From positions 256,001-320,000 of the forward strand of contig CBDEFO010000006.1 of NCBI GenBank assembly GCA_965237525.1: 64,000 nucleotides of DNA. Direction: 5' to 3'. This stretch comes from Candidatus Latescibacterota bacterium. GTDB taxonomy: Bacteria > Latescibacterota > CBDEFO01. The translations under genes and the position numbers were made by a program. The notes under the pieces are model-generated. The model did not search any database and was not told the origin of the DNA. It worked only from the letters and a program-made list of their open reading frames with translations. Shown piece by piece: positions 10,562-21,045 of this stretch (position 1 is the first letter of the stretch; each line of letters begins with the position of its first letter).

Positions 10562-11059
10562 ATGAAATGTCCCTATTGTGAGTCTGTGGAGGATAAAGTA
10601 GTAGATTCAAGATCGAACAAGGAAGAAAACGCGATCAGGAGGAGGAGGGAGTGTCTATCGTGCGGGAGGAGGTTCACGACATATGAGTACGTGGAGCTTT
10701 ACAAGACAGATGTGATAAAGTCTGACGGTAGGAGAGAGCCTTTCATCCGTGATAAGGTATTTAACGGGATAAGGATCGCCTGCACGAAAAGGTCTATATC
10801 CATAACTCAGATGGAGGATCTTGTAGATGCAGTAGAGCTTGAGATCAGAGCTCTGGGCGAAAGGGAAGTGAGCACCAAAGTGATCGGTGAGCTGGTTATA
10901 TCGAAATTGAAGGACATAGATGAAGTCGCTTACGTGCGCTTCGCCTCCGTCTACAGGGATTTCAAGGATAAGGGAGAGTTCTTGGCCGAACTGAGAAAGA
11001 TGGGAGAAGTAGAGGATCAGTTCTATATATGGAGCCAGAGTGAAGAGAGTAAGAGTTAG
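10562..11059 (+). CDS. nrdR: Transcriptional repressor NrdR
   Basis: MKCPYC...RRRRECLSCGRRFTTYE zinc ribbon, ATP cone, DEVAYVRFASVY. Confidence 0.97.
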   Translation: MKCPYCESVEDKVVDSRSNKEENAIRRRRECLSCGRRFTTYEYVELYKTDVIKSDGRREPFIRDKVFNGIRIACTKRSISITQMEDLVDAVELEIRALGEREVSTKVIGELVISKLKDIDEVAYVRFASVYRDFKDKGEFLAELRKMGEVEDQFYIWSQSEESKS

Positions 11060-11611
11060 GTTCAATATATCTTGTACATCTGTGGCTTGAAGCACCAGCT
11101 ACGCATATGCAATAACTCCACAAACAGAGGTGAAACGAAATGGCAGTCAAGATCTGGAAAATAGCTCTGCTGGTGAGTGATATGAAAAAGTCAAAAGATC
11201 TCTACGTCAATAAGTTTGGATTCAAGGTGACCGAACGGATGGATCTGGGAGAGAAGGGAGAAGTGCTCTTTCTGGATGCAGGCGATGTTAAGTTGGAACT
11301 CATATCCGCCGCTGCATTTGAGGGAGTCGAGGGATTGGACCGCCCAGGAGTACATCACATCTCTTTTCAGGTTGATGATGTTGAAGCTACGACTGAAGAG
11401 TTCAGAGGAAAGGGCATTTCGGTTATAAAGGAACCCTTCGAACCCATTGAGGGGATGACCCTTGCGTTCTTCGACGGCTTGGACAGCGTCAATCTGCAGC
11501 TCTTTCACCACGAGAAAGGGTAGTAGTTATTAAGCAGATCTGAGAAAGATGGGAGCAGTAGAGGATCAGTTCTATATATCGAGCCAGAGTGAAGAGGATA
11601 ACGGTTAAGTT
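10991..11611 (+). repeat. ~72-bp direct repeats (nrdR 3' end) flanking the VOC gene
   Basis: ctgagaaagatgggagMagtagaggatcagttctatatatSgagccagagtgaagag at 10991-11062 and 11540-11611. Confidence 0.9.
11140..11523 (+). CDS. VOC/glyoxalase family protein
   Basis: IALLVSDM...KLELI...GVHHISFQVDDVE; GAGG RBS. Confidence 0.85.
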   Translation: MAVKIWKIALLVSDMKKSKDLYVNKFGFKVTERMDLGEKGEVLFLDAGDVKLELISAAAFEGVEGLDRPGVHHISFQVDDVEATTEEFRGKGISVIKEPFEPIEGMTLAFFDGLDSVNLQLFHHEKG

Positions 11612-11628
11612 GATCGGAGGTATTTATT

Positions 11629-11844
11629 ATGAAGGATAAAAAACAGTCTGTTAACTCATTGCTGGATATGCTAACCGGCAGAAAACCGAAAGATAAGACA
11701 CAGTCTGAGAACCCTTCGCATGGCATTCTAGGCAGCTTAATAAAGGAAGATAAAGCACAGTCTGGAAACCCCTCGCATGGCATTCTAGGCAGCTTAATAA
11801 AGGAAGATAAGACACAGTCTGAAACCCAGTGCTGGGTATTCTAG
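11629..11844 (+). CDS. Small hypothetical protein built from a 57-bp (19-aa) tandem repeat
   Basis: GGAGG RBS; unit (K/E)DK(T/A)QS(E/G)NPSHGILGSLIK twice plus a partial third. Confidence 0.45.
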   Translation: MKDKKQSVNSLLDMLTGRKPKDKTQSENPSHGILGSLIKEDKAQSGNPSHGILGSLIKEDKTQSETQCWVF

Positions 11845-11954
11845 CCAGCAGAAAACCGGAAGATAAAGTAAAGTCTAAAGAATGAATTTCTGAAAAAACT
11901 AGCTGGGATGAATAGAAAACAGGATAACTAGACCAGATAAAATGGGGGTCCAAG

Positions 11955-14678
11955 ATGCCGTCAACCGGTAAGGATTTAAAAGTCAAAGGTTTAAAGATAG
12001 ACAGGATGTACACAACCGTGGGAGTACATCCCTTCGATGCGATAGAGTGGGAGGAGAGGGACGCTTCGATTACGAACGAAAAGGGGGAGGTTATATTCGA
12101 GCAGAAGGAGGTCGAGGTCCCCAAGTCCTGGTCTCAGCTTGCTTTGAACGTGGTTGCCTCCAAGTATTTCAACGGGAAGATGGACTCTCCAGGCAGAGAA
12201 AGGAGCGTAAAGCAACTGATAAACCGGGTCTCAAGGACCATCGCCGACTGGGGGATAAAGGACGGCTATTTTGCATCTGAGGAGGACGGCGAGTCGTTCT
12301 ACGACGAATTGACCCACCTTTTAGCCAATCAGATGGTATCTTTCAACAGCCCGGTGTGGTTCAACATCGGGATTGAGTCCAAGCCTCAGGCCTCAGCGTG
12401 CTTTATCAATTCCGTCTCGGACACTATGGAGTCTATCTTAGGGCTCGCCAAGACCGAGGGTATGCTCTTCAAGTGGGGCAGTGGCACGGGGACGAACCTT
12501 TCGCCAATTAGAAGTTCCAAAGAGAATCTCTCCTCAGGCGGCATTGCGTCCGGTCCTGTGTCGTTTATGAAGGGGTACGACGCCTTTGCGGGAGTCATAC
12601 GCTCAGGAGGCAAGACAAGGAGAGCCGCCAAGATGGTGGTCCTGAACATAGATCATCCCGACATCGTGGAGTACATAAACTGCAAGGTGAACGAGGAAAA
12701 GAAGGCGTGGGCTTTAATAGACGCAGGATACGACGGCTCGTTCAACGGCGAGGCCTACGGCTCGATATTCTTCCAGAACTCCAACAACAGCGTCAGAGTC
12801 ACAGATGCCTTTATGAACGCTCTATTGGACGACGAAGAGTGGCAGACCAGGGTTGTGACCACCTTAGAGGTGATGGACACTTACAGGGCACGTGATTTGA
12901 TGAAAATGACCTGCGAGAGCGCGCACGTCTGCGGAGACCCGGGCCTCCAGTTCGATACGACTACCAACAGGTGGAACACGTGCAAAGAATCAGCCAGAAT
13001 CAACGCCTCTAACCCCTGTTCGGAATTCGTCTTTTTAGATGATACGGCCTGCAACCTCTCCTCTCTAAACCTCATGAAATTCAGGGACTCAGACGGGGAG
13101 TTCGATATAGAGTCGTTCTGCCACGCTGTGGATATTATGATAACTGCCCAGGAGATAATCGTCTCTAACGCCAGCTATCCGACCGAGGCGATAGAAGAAA
13201 ACAGTCACAAGTTCAGACCCCTGGGGTTGGGCTATGCGAACTTAGGCGCACTCTTGATGACAAAGGGTATGCCCTACGACAGCGAAGAAGGCAGAGCATA
13301 CGCAGGGGCTATCACTGCTCTGATGACGGGGAGGGCTTACAGGCAGTCGGCTATTATAGCAGGCAGGATAGGTCCATTTGAGGAGTTTGCAAAAAACAAG
13401 AAGCCGATGCTGGCTGTGATAAAGATGCACGGCGATCACGTGGATAACATAGACAGAGAGCTCCTCTCCAAAAAGCTCTGGGACACAGCTAAAGAGACGT
13501 GGAACGAGACCTACGAGTTAGGCCAGAAATTAGGCATCAGGAACGCTCAGGCGACGGTGCTGGCCCCTACGGGGACGATAGGATTTATGATGGACTGCGA
13601 CACGACAGGTGTTGAGCCTGATATAGCGTTAGTCAAGTACAAAAAACTCGTCGGAGGCGGACTCTTAAAGATAGTGAACGGGGCAGTTCCCGAGGCTCTG
13701 AAGAAGCTGGGGTACGATGAGAACGAAGTTAGATCTATTGTGGACTATATAGATCAAAGAGACACTATAGAGGGCGCGCCGGGGCTAAAGGACGAACATC
13801 TTCCCGTGTTCGACTGCGCCTTCCGTCCTCAGAAAGGCGAAAGGTCCATCCACTACATGGGACACGTCAAGATGATGGGAGCTGTACAGCCGTTCCTGTC
13901 CGGGGCGATCTCCAAGACCGTGAACATGCCCCAGGAGGCAACCACAGACGATATTACGGAGACCTACATCGAGGCGTGGAAGTTGGGCTTAAAAGCGATT
14001 GCGATATACAGGGACGGCTCCAAAAAGAGCCAGCCCCTGAACACGGGTCTGGACACTGACGATAAGAAAGAGGAAAAGAGGGAGGAAGAGCAGGAGAACG
14101 TAAGGATCGAGTACAGACCTGTCAGAAGGAGGCTTCCCGACGAGCGGAATGCGATCACGCACAAGTTCAGTGTAGCAGGACAGGAAGGATATATCACTGT
14201 AGGGATGTACGAGGACGGATCTCCGGGGGAGATATTCCTGGTGATGTCGAAGGAGGGTTCCGTAGTATCAGGACTTATGGACTCCTTTGCAACGGCGATC
14301 TCGATAGCGCTGCAGTATGGGGTGCCCCTGCGGACGTTGGTGGACAAGTTCAGCCATATGCGCTTTGAGCCTGCGGGCTTCACAAACAATCCCGACATCC
14401 CGATGGCCAAGTCCATTATAGATTATATCTTCAGATGGCTGGGGAAAAAGTTCCTTCCTGAAGAAGATCAGAATCCGGGCGACAACGGGAATAATACAGA
14501 ATCCGACCTCTTACACAAAGAGAACGGGATGACGATGAAAGAGGTGGAGATGCGGGAGAAGGAGGTATTCCTGACTCAGGCCGACGCCCCTGCCTGCCAC
14601 GAGTGCGGAGCCATAATGGTCAGGAACGGATCGTGCTACAAGTGCCACAACTGCGGGGCTACTAGTGGGTGTTCGTAA
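11955..14678 (+). CDS. nrdJ: Class II (adenosylcobalamin-dependent) ribonucleotide reductase
   Basis: QASACFI, SNPCSE active site, APTGTIG, SGAISKTVN, C-terminal TSCPD-like region and CxxC...CxxC...SGCS tail. Confidence 0.95.
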   Translation: MPSTGKDLKVKGLKIDRMYTTVGVHPFDAIEWEERDASITNEKGEVIFEQKEVEVPKSWSQLALNVVASKYFNGKMDSPGRERSVKQLINRVSRTIADWGIKDGYFASEEDGESFYDELTHLLANQMVSFNSPVWFNIGIESKPQASACFINSVSDTMESILGLAKTEGMLFKWGSGTGTNLSPIRSSKENLSSGGIASGPVSFMKGYDAFAGVIRSGGKTRRAAKMVVLNIDHPDIVEYINCKVNEEKKAWALIDAGYDGSFNGEAYGSIFFQNSNNSVRVTDAFMNALLDDEEWQTRVVTTLEVMDTYRARDLMKMTCESAHVCGDPGLQFDTTTNRWNTCKESARINASNPCSEFVFLDDTACNLSSLNLMKFRDSDGEFDIESFCHAVDIMITAQEIIVSNASYPTEAIEENSHKFRPLGLGYANLGALLMTKGMPYDSEEGRAYAGAITALMTGRAYRQSAIIAGRIGPFEEFAKNKKPMLAVIKMHGDHVDNIDRELLSKKLWDTAKETWNETYELGQKLGIRNAQATVLAPTGTIGFMMDCDTTGVEPDIALVKYKKLVGGGLLKIVNGAVPEALKKLGYDENEVRSIVDYIDQRDTIEGAPGLKDEHLPVFDCAFRPQKGERSIHYMGHVKMMGAVQPFLSGAISKTVNMPQEATTDDITETYIEAWKLGLKAIAIYRDGSKKSQPLNTGLDTDDKKEEKREEEQENVRIEYRPVRRRLPDERNAITHKFSVAGQEGYITVGMYEDGSPGEIFLVMSKEGSVVSGLMDSFATAISIALQYGVPLRTLVDKFSHMRFEPAGFTNNPDIPMAKSIIDYIFRWLGKKFLPEEDQNPGDNGNNTESDLLHKENGMTMKEVEMREKEVFLTQADAPACHECGAIMVRNGSCYKCHNCGATSGCS

Positions 14679-14700
14679 GAACAGTACACAGTACACACAT

Positions 14701-14755
14701 TGTAGGGGCGAGGTCTACTCGCCCTAGGGGCTAGACACACGGGTCTGCCCCTACA
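14701..14755. repeat. REP-like GTAGGGG palindromic element (related copies 10376-10403, 15722-15767)
   Basis: tgtaggggcgag...ctcgcccta...gggtctgcccctaca nested inverted repeats. Confidence 0.6.
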
Positions 14756-14840
14756 GGCACACCGTCTTGAAGAGCAGTATAAAAAGCGTCTGAAACCTAC
14801 AGGAAACAAGCGGTAGCTTACTTGGAGCACTTTCACAAAA

Positions 14841-14904
14841 CATCGAAGTTCTGGACGCGGCCTACCGATCGGCGGAGTCCAGAAAGCCAGAGGCGGTATC
14901 GTAG
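14841..14904 (+). pseudogene. Orphan 3' fragment of a Gfo/Idh/MocA oxidoreductase gene
   Basis: Encodes IEVLDAAYRSAESRKPEAVS*, matching the C-terminus of 21151-22200 (IEVLDAAYRSAQSGRPESV*). Confidence 0.75.
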
Positions 14905-14997
14905 ACTAAGTTTCTTTATGAGTTTGCTCAGCTAAAATAGATAAGAGAAATTTGGACTTTGCTTATTGCACATGGTTTTAAAAACTGGAGGTTCAAA

Positions 14998-15273
14998 ATG
15001 CCAAGAAAAGAGAGAGTTACCAAAGTAATTGATGGCGACACTTTTCACACCAACAGAAGAAGAAAACATCCGGTACGACTTGCAAATGTTGATGCTCCGG
15101 AAAAAGGGACGCGTGGAAGTGAAAAAGCGACAAATGACTTGAAAAGATTGATCGATGGACAAGAAGTTACCATCGATAAAGTAGCAACAGATAAATATGG
15201 GAGATCCGTCGCGAACGTGAAGAAGGGAAGAAGGTCAGTAAACAAAGCAATGAACGAAAAATTAAGGAATTAA
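14998..15273 (+). CDS. Thermonuclease (SNase-like) protein
   Basis: VIDGDTF, VRLANVDAPE, DKYGRSVANV motifs; GGAGG RBS; AT-richer than flanks. Confidence 0.85.
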   Translation: MPRKERVTKVIDGDTFHTNRRRKHPVRLANVDAPEKGTRGSEKATNDLKRLIDGQEVTIDKVATDKYGRSVANVKKGRRSVNKAMNEKLRN

Positions 15274-15899
15274 AGGAATCGACTGCTTATAGTGGAACGC
15301 TCGAAAGGGTTTGGATTGACTCCCTATGCTGAAATGCTGACAATCAACGAGCTAATCCTATAGCACACAAAACCTAACAAGAAGCCGGAGCTGACGGTCC
15401 GCCACGTGGGTCAAAAGTTGTGCTCACTGGCTCAGCTTGTGGTAGTGATAACATCCGAACAGTGACAAAGCGCTCTCGTACAGAGTAGAAAGGGAAACGC
15501 AAAAGCTCTGTAGAGCAGTTTGACAGAAAGCGGATCGGTGAAAGATATTACTACCTTGGAGTCGGTTAAAAAGATTTGGGGAGCTTTTGCATAGAACTTT
15601 TTGGAAATTGAAAATGAAATGAAAAGTTTATAGTATAAGCTCCCCAAGCTCCCCAACTGAGAGCAAGCAACAAAATTGTGATTGACATCCTCACGGGAGT
15701 TTTGTATCTTCCTGTGACAAATGTAGGACTGGGTAACCCAGCCCCTGGGGCGAGACAACCTCGCCCCAGCATTGTTTTAGAACACCGTATCGTCCTACGC
15801 AGACCCGCGCGTCTGCCTCCCTCTCTTCAAGAAGCGGGACGATGTGGAGCTCGCGTCCGACCGGCGACCGGCTAGTCGTCAGGACGCAACCTGGTCCAC

Positions 15900-17435
15900 G
15901 TGAAGAAAGGCAAGCCATTCTGTCGTTCCTGGCCCTACTGTGGAACAGTGACAGGAAATCCCTCCGGGCAACTGGGACTTCCCCCAACGTTCTCTAAAGC
16001 TTTCTGGTGGTCACGACAACCGAGTCCACAATTACGTACAGTTGCGATGCGACTTGAGGTTACGGCTCTTATGGAAATGATATTGGACAGGTACTACTAC
16101 ACCCCCGATGTGGAACGGGCTCAGATCGTTCTGACGACAGAGACCTCCCATGGTGCTTCCTTCAGACTTGAAATAAACTGCCGGGCGGAGGCGTCCGAAC
16201 CGATTCCACTTGTTGAAGATCAGCAGCGGTACGCCGTCTCTGTAGATATGACCGGCTGGAAACTTGGGCGACACGTCGTCAGCGCGCATCTGGTGGACGG
16301 AGACGGACGGACACTGGCCTCGATGCATCGTGTCCTGATCAGAAAGACTATCCAACGCGCCCAGAGTCCGCCGCGCGTTGAGGAACTCGAACTGAGATCA
16401 GACGGGATCATCCTTGTCAACGGCACACCATTTTGCCTCTTTTTCGCCAGCACGGGCGAGGAGGCGCCTCCGTTCGCCCGGGATTGTTTCAATATGGCTT
16501 ACCGCACCGATTCGTGCATAGCCAACCCGCTGCAAAGACCAAGCGCTGTCGTTTCGAGGTTCGTCAGAGAAGAAGGCGAAGCGCGAATCCTGGTTCCTCA
16601 GGAAGACGATTGGCCGCGGACGGTGCGTCCCATCATTGAGGCGATGAAGGACGACGATACGTTCATCTACTGGTTCCTCCAGTACGAAGGTAACTACCCC
16701 CTGTATCGAGAGGAAGGCAGAATTCCACTGAACAATGCAGACGTATGGCACAGGCTGAACCGCCTTGTCAAGGGCATGGATTCCAGGCATCTGACCGTTC
16801 TGCAGATCGAGGGGCCGCCTTATGCCCCTTATCGGGACTCAGCCGACATCATCGAGATCGCCTGCCCGAGTTCGTATGCCCCGCAGCTCATACTGCGGCT
16901 TGTCGAAGACCTCAGAGAGATCAGGTCGCAGCTCGGCCCCGGAAAGCCCTTCATTTTGTGGATCGGCGCTTCTATCCCAAGTCCGGACAACAGGACTGCC
17001 GAAGAGATCCGATGCGCCTGCTACCTGGCGCTGATGGGGGGCGCCACTGGTCTGATCTTTCACATGGGCCATGGCGGAATCGGCCCCAAACACGCGCGGC
17101 TCTGGTCGGTATTCCCCGGCTTGTCGCGCGAGATCGAACCGTTATTTGCCATACTTACATGCCCCCAGGAATCGGATCCACTCGAGGTGGGGATAGATCG
17201 TCCGGAAATCGAATATTGCGTACGCCAATATGACGGCAAGTCGTATCTGCTGGCCGTTAACACTGCGCCTGAATCTGTCGCTGCTTCCATTTCTATTCTC
17301 AAGACGGCGTCCACATACCGGCGCGTAAGTCTCCCTTTCGAAAACAGACAGATCCAACTGGAAAAAAATGTTCTTCGCGACACCTTCACCGCTTACGAAC
17401 CGCACCTGTATGAATTCACGCCGCCGACGCGCTGA
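15900..17435 (+). CDS. Hypothetical protein, probably N-terminally truncated (possible carbohydrate-active enzyme)
   Basis: 511-aa ORF; start uncertain; RTAEEIRCACYLALMGGATGLIF and YLLAVN segments. Confidence 0.55.
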   Translation: MKKGKPFCRSWPYCGTVTGNPSGQLGLPPTFSKAFWWSRQPSPQLRTVAMRLEVTALMEMILDRYYYTPDVERAQIVLTTETSHGASFRLEINCRAEASEPIPLVEDQQRYAVSVDMTGWKLGRHVVSAHLVDGDGRTLASMHRVLIRKTIQRAQSPPRVEELELRSDGIILVNGTPFCLFFASTGEEAPPFARDCFNMAYRTDSCIANPLQRPSAVVSRFVREEGEARILVPQEDDWPRTVRPIIEAMKDDDTFIYWFLQYEGNYPLYREEGRIPLNNADVWHRLNRLVKGMDSRHLTVLQIEGPPYAPYRDSADIIEIACPSSYAPQLILRLVEDLREIRSQLGPGKPFILWIGASIPSPDNRTAEEIRCACYLALMGGATGLIFHMGHGGIGPKHARLWSVFPGLSREIEPLFAILTCPQESDPLEVGIDRPEIEYCVRQYDGKSYLLAVNTAPESVAASISILKTASTYRRVSLPFENRQIQLEKNVLRDTFTAYEPHLYEFTPPTR

Positions 17436-17541
17436 GCGGGCAAGAGGATGCCGGCGGAGAGCGGTTTCGCTTAGACGGTGGAGCCGTGTGATCTCCCCTC
17501 CCCCGCTCTTTCATCCCTAACATTTCAGAAAGGAGTGCCGT

Positions 17542-18897
17542 ATGAAAGTATGGACATTCGTTCACAACCCCCTTGAACACTGGCTGGACGATTATGAACG
17601 CACTTTCGATGCCTGGCACGATGGGGGCATGAGGGGCATTGTCATTGGCCGCATGTTTTTTCAACAGGACGACGGTACACAAATTCCGACGTACCGCGCC
17701 GATCCGGCCATCTATGAATCGTTCGGCGTTGCCCCGCCTCCGGAGGCCCCGACAGATCCGGAAAAGGAACGACGTTTTCATGCGATGCTGGACGATGCCG
17801 CTGCTCGCGGCTGGCACATTATGGTCTTTGGCGGCTCCCTGGCGCAGGGGAGCAGTCTTCCTGTGGAACGGGATCCCTTTGGCGCCATCAGCGACGCTGC
17901 CTCGGCGCTGGACTTGGTCAAGGCCTACCCGCAGGTGCACGGCAAGATCATAGACGGTCCGGGAGAAAACCATTACGAGTTGGCCTTTCATCACGGCGGC
18001 CAGGTATTCGAGATACGCGAGCACGAACAGGCGATCTTCGAACAGATGGGCCTGGATACCGCCCGTATGGAGCGCGGTATAGCGCATCTGCAGAAGCGCT
18101 TTCACAATCTGACGCCGGACCTCGTACGCTATCACGCTCCGGGAGGTATGCTGGCCGCGCTCACCCTGTTCGACATCAACGAAGACGTCATCTACTGGCT
18201 GCGCGCACGACAGGAGAAGACCATAGCCTCCATGGCTGCCGTCCGCGCCGAGCTTGACAAACTGGACCGGAAGGTCGAAATCGGAGGCATCCCGCGTACA
18301 GCCGCCTTCTCTTCGCTCACCGGACAGAACTATCAGCGTCTGGGGCCTATCCTGGACTATATCTTCCCGAAGCACTATTTCTGGCATCGGGGCTTCGACG
18401 GGATGTACGGGACAATCTCGCGCTGGGTGAAGAGGCTCGCCAAATGGAATTCTACACTGACAGAAGAAGACTGCTTTACGGTTGTGAAGGCCTTTCTTGG
18501 TATCGAGCTGCCGGGCATTGGCTCGCTGACGGATATGGACGAGATAGGATTTCCTGAGGAATTCTTCACAGAAACCGTCTACAGCGAAACGAAGCGGGCG
18601 TTGGAGGCTGTTGGAGATGACGATAAAGTTATCTGCTGGGTGGACACCGGACGCGCTTCTCACGCGGGTGACCAGATGCCGCCGACAGACCTTTACCGTA
18701 TTCTACAGGCCTGCCAGCGGGCGGGGCTGAAGCGTTTTGTGCACCACTCGTCGGTCAACATGGGCGCTGCGGAATGGCGCGTTATCTCCAGGGTGTGTGG
18801 AAATCTGTGGGACGAGGACCCTGACGGCTACTGGCCGACAGGCACCGAAAAGCCCACTATGTTTAGCGGAGGTCTCACACCACCTCCTGAAGACTGA
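17542..18897 (+). CDS. Hypothetical protein, copy 1 of a near-identical pair
   Basis: 451 aa; AAAGGAG RBS; about 16 aa differences from 19690-21045. Confidence 0.85.
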   Translation: MKVWTFVHNPLEHWLDDYERTFDAWHDGGMRGIVIGRMFFQQDDGTQIPTYRADPAIYESFGVAPPPEAPTDPEKERRFHAMLDDAAARGWHIMVFGGSLAQGSSLPVERDPFGAISDAASALDLVKAYPQVHGKIIDGPGENHYELAFHHGGQVFEIREHEQAIFEQMGLDTARMERGIAHLQKRFHNLTPDLVRYHAPGGMLAALTLFDINEDVIYWLRARQEKTIASMAAVRAELDKLDRKVEIGGIPRTAAFSSLTGQNYQRLGPILDYIFPKHYFWHRGFDGMYGTISRWVKRLAKWNSTLTEEDCFTVVKAFLGIELPGIGSLTDMDEIGFPEEFFTETVYSETKRALEAVGDDDKVICWVDTGRASHAGDQMPPTDLYRILQACQRAGLKRFVHHSSVNMGAAEWRVISRVCGNLWDEDPDGYWPTGTEKPTMFSGGLTPPPED

Positions 18898-19031
18898 TGG
18901 AGAGATGAATATACACGTCGCCGAATGGAGTAAGGCGGGTACCGCCCCATAACATCCTGCTGATAACGAGCTGCTTCATCCTTTAGCGTGTCACTCTATC
19001 CTGATGGCAAACTGACAGAGAAAGCTTGCAG

Positions 19032-19382
19032 ATGGCAATCGATTCACAACAGCGAAAACAGTTCGAACGCCAAGGTTATCTGATTATTCGGCGGCTGATC
19101 TCGGGAAGCGATCTGCTCGAACTTGATCGGATGATTGATCGTCTGCTCGACGGTGAACTCAAACCAGTGACGGCGTACGAAGGTTGGCTACCCGATTACT
19201 TCTATACGTTTTGGGAACCGGAGATGAAAGACCGCACGGAACTACCGCGACGCGATCGTGTTCGACTAATGTCGAACATGTACCATCACCACCCCTATTT
19301 CAGGGCCATTGGCAGCCACCCGACGATCTACGATGTGATTCCATCGTTATACCAAACCGGGGGCCAGGCCTCGTCCTCGTAG
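19032..19382 (+). pseudogene. Phytanoyl-CoA dioxygenase (PhyH) family 5' fragment
   Basis: QQRKQFERQGYLIIRRLIS...FRAIGSHPTI; truncated and joined to an unrelated fragment (~19400-19665). Confidence 0.65.
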
Positions 19383-19689
19383 ATCAACCATGTACCGGAG
19401 GTGCTACCCTCCTTCGGGATCGAGTACACTCCGGCCAGCAATTACGGTACCAACTTCGGTTTCTTCCTGGACGCCGGCGGTGAAGACGATTACTTCGAGT
19501 TCAGTGCGGACGGGGAGCACAAAGAGGCTGAAATCTGGCGGAACGATCGCGTCTGGCAGCAGCCCGCTCCGGACGACGAGCGTTTCGGCTACAATTCGCG
19601 CGGGATCGGCATGGATGTAGAGTGGGGGCCGTTCCCGAATTCCACCGCTTCGAGCAGAGGCAAATTGACATTTCAGAAAGGACCGCCAT

Positions 19690-21045
19690 ATGAAAGTATG
19701 GAAATCCGTAGACAACCCGTTTGAACACTGGTTGGACGATTATAAGCGCACTTTCGATGCCTGGCACGACGGGGGCATGAGGGGCATTATCATTGGGCGC
19801 ATGTTTTTCCAACAGGACGACGGTACACAAATTCCGACGTACCGCGCCGATCCGGCCATCTATGAATCGTTCGGCGTTGCCCCGCCTCCGGAGGCCCCGA
19901 CAGATCCGGAAAAGGAACGACGTTTTCATGCGATGCTGGACGATGCCGCTGCTCGCGGCTGGCACATTATGGTCTTTGGCGGCTCCCTGCCGCAGGGGAG
20001 CAGTCTTCCTGTGGAACGGGATCCCTTTGGCGCCATCAGCGACGCTGCCTCGGCGCTGGACCTGGTCAAGGCCTACCCGCAGGTGCACGGCAAGATCATA
20101 GACGGTCCGGGAGAAAACCATTACGAGCTGGCCTTTCATCACGGCGGCCAGGTGTTCGAGATACGCGAACACGAACAGGCGATCTTCGAACAGATGGGCC
20201 TGGATACCGCCCGTATGGAGCGCGGTATAGCGCATCTGCGGAAGCGCTTTCACAATCTGACGCCGGACCTCGTACGCTATCACGCCCCGGGAGGTATGCT
20301 GGCCGCGCTCACCCTGTTCGACATCAACGAAGACGTCATCTACTGGCTGCGCGCACGACAGGAGAAGACCATAGCGTCCATGGCTGCCGTCCGCGCCGAG
20401 CTTGACAAACTGGACCGGAAGGTCGAAATCGGAGGCATCCCGCGCTCAGCCGCCTTCGCTTCGCTCACCGGACAGAACTATCAGCGTCTGGGGCCTATCC
20501 TGGACTACATCTTCCCGAAGCACTATTTCTGGCACCGGGGCTACGACGGGATGTACGGGACAATCTCGCGCTGGGTGAAGAGGCTCGCCCGGTGGAACCC
20601 TGTCCTGACCGAAGAAGACTGCTTTACGGTTGTGAAGGCCTTTCTTGGTATCGAGCTGCCGGGCATTGGCTCGCTGACGGATATGGACGAGATAGGATTT
20701 CCTGAGGAATTCTTCACAGAAACCGTCTACAGCGAAACGAAGCGGGCATTGGAGGCTGTTGGCGATGACGATAAAGTGATCTGCTGGGTGGACACCGGAC
20801 GTGCTTCTCACGCCGGCGACCAGATGCCGCCGACAGACCTTTACCGTATTCTACAGGCCTGCCAGCGGGCGGGGCTGAAGCGTTTTGTACACCACTCGAC
20901 GGTCAACATGGGCGCTGCGGAATGGCGCGTTATCTCCAGGGTGTGTGGAAATCTGTGGGACGAGGACCCCGACGGCTACTGGCCGACAGGTACCCAAAAG
21001 CCCACTATGTTTAGCGGAGGTCTCACACCACCTCCTGAAGACTGA
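19690..21045 (+). CDS. Hypothetical protein, copy 2 of a near-identical pair
   Basis: 451 aa; identity extends to tgatggagagatgaatatacacgtc downstream of both copies. Confidence 0.85.
   Translation: MKVWKSVDNPFEHWLDDYKRTFDAWHDGGMRGIIIGRMFFQQDDGTQIPTYRADPAIYESFGVAPPPEAPTDPEKERRFHAMLDDAAARGWHIMVFGGSLPQGSSLPVERDPFGAISDAASALDLVKAYPQVHGKIIDGPGENHYELAFHHGGQVFEIREHEQAIFEQMGLDTARMERGIAHLRKRFHNLTPDLVRYHAPGGMLAALTLFDINEDVIYWLRARQEKTIASMAAVRAELDKLDRKVEIGGIPRSAAFASLTGQNYQRLGPILDYIFPKHYFWHRGYDGMYGTISRWVKRLARWNPVLTEEDCFTVVKAFLGIELPGIGSLTDMDEIGFPEEFFTETVYSETKRALEAVGDDDKVICWVDTGRASHAGDQMPPTDLYRILQACQRAGLKRFVHHSTVNMGAAEWRVISRVCGNLWDEDPDGYWPTGTQKPTMFSGGLTPPPED

Noticed and set aside
11685..11830. 57-bp repeats as a CRISPR array
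   Set aside because: The units are contiguous with no unique spacers, they keep the reading frame, and there are no cas genes.
11955..14678. Intein or intron in nrdJ
   Set aside because: The length and motif spacing look normal, and no splicing or homing-endonuclease motifs were seen.
17416..18663. 415-aa minus-strand ORF and similar antisense ORFs across the window
   Set aside because: These are shadows of GC-rich plus-strand genes, with no motifs or RBS.
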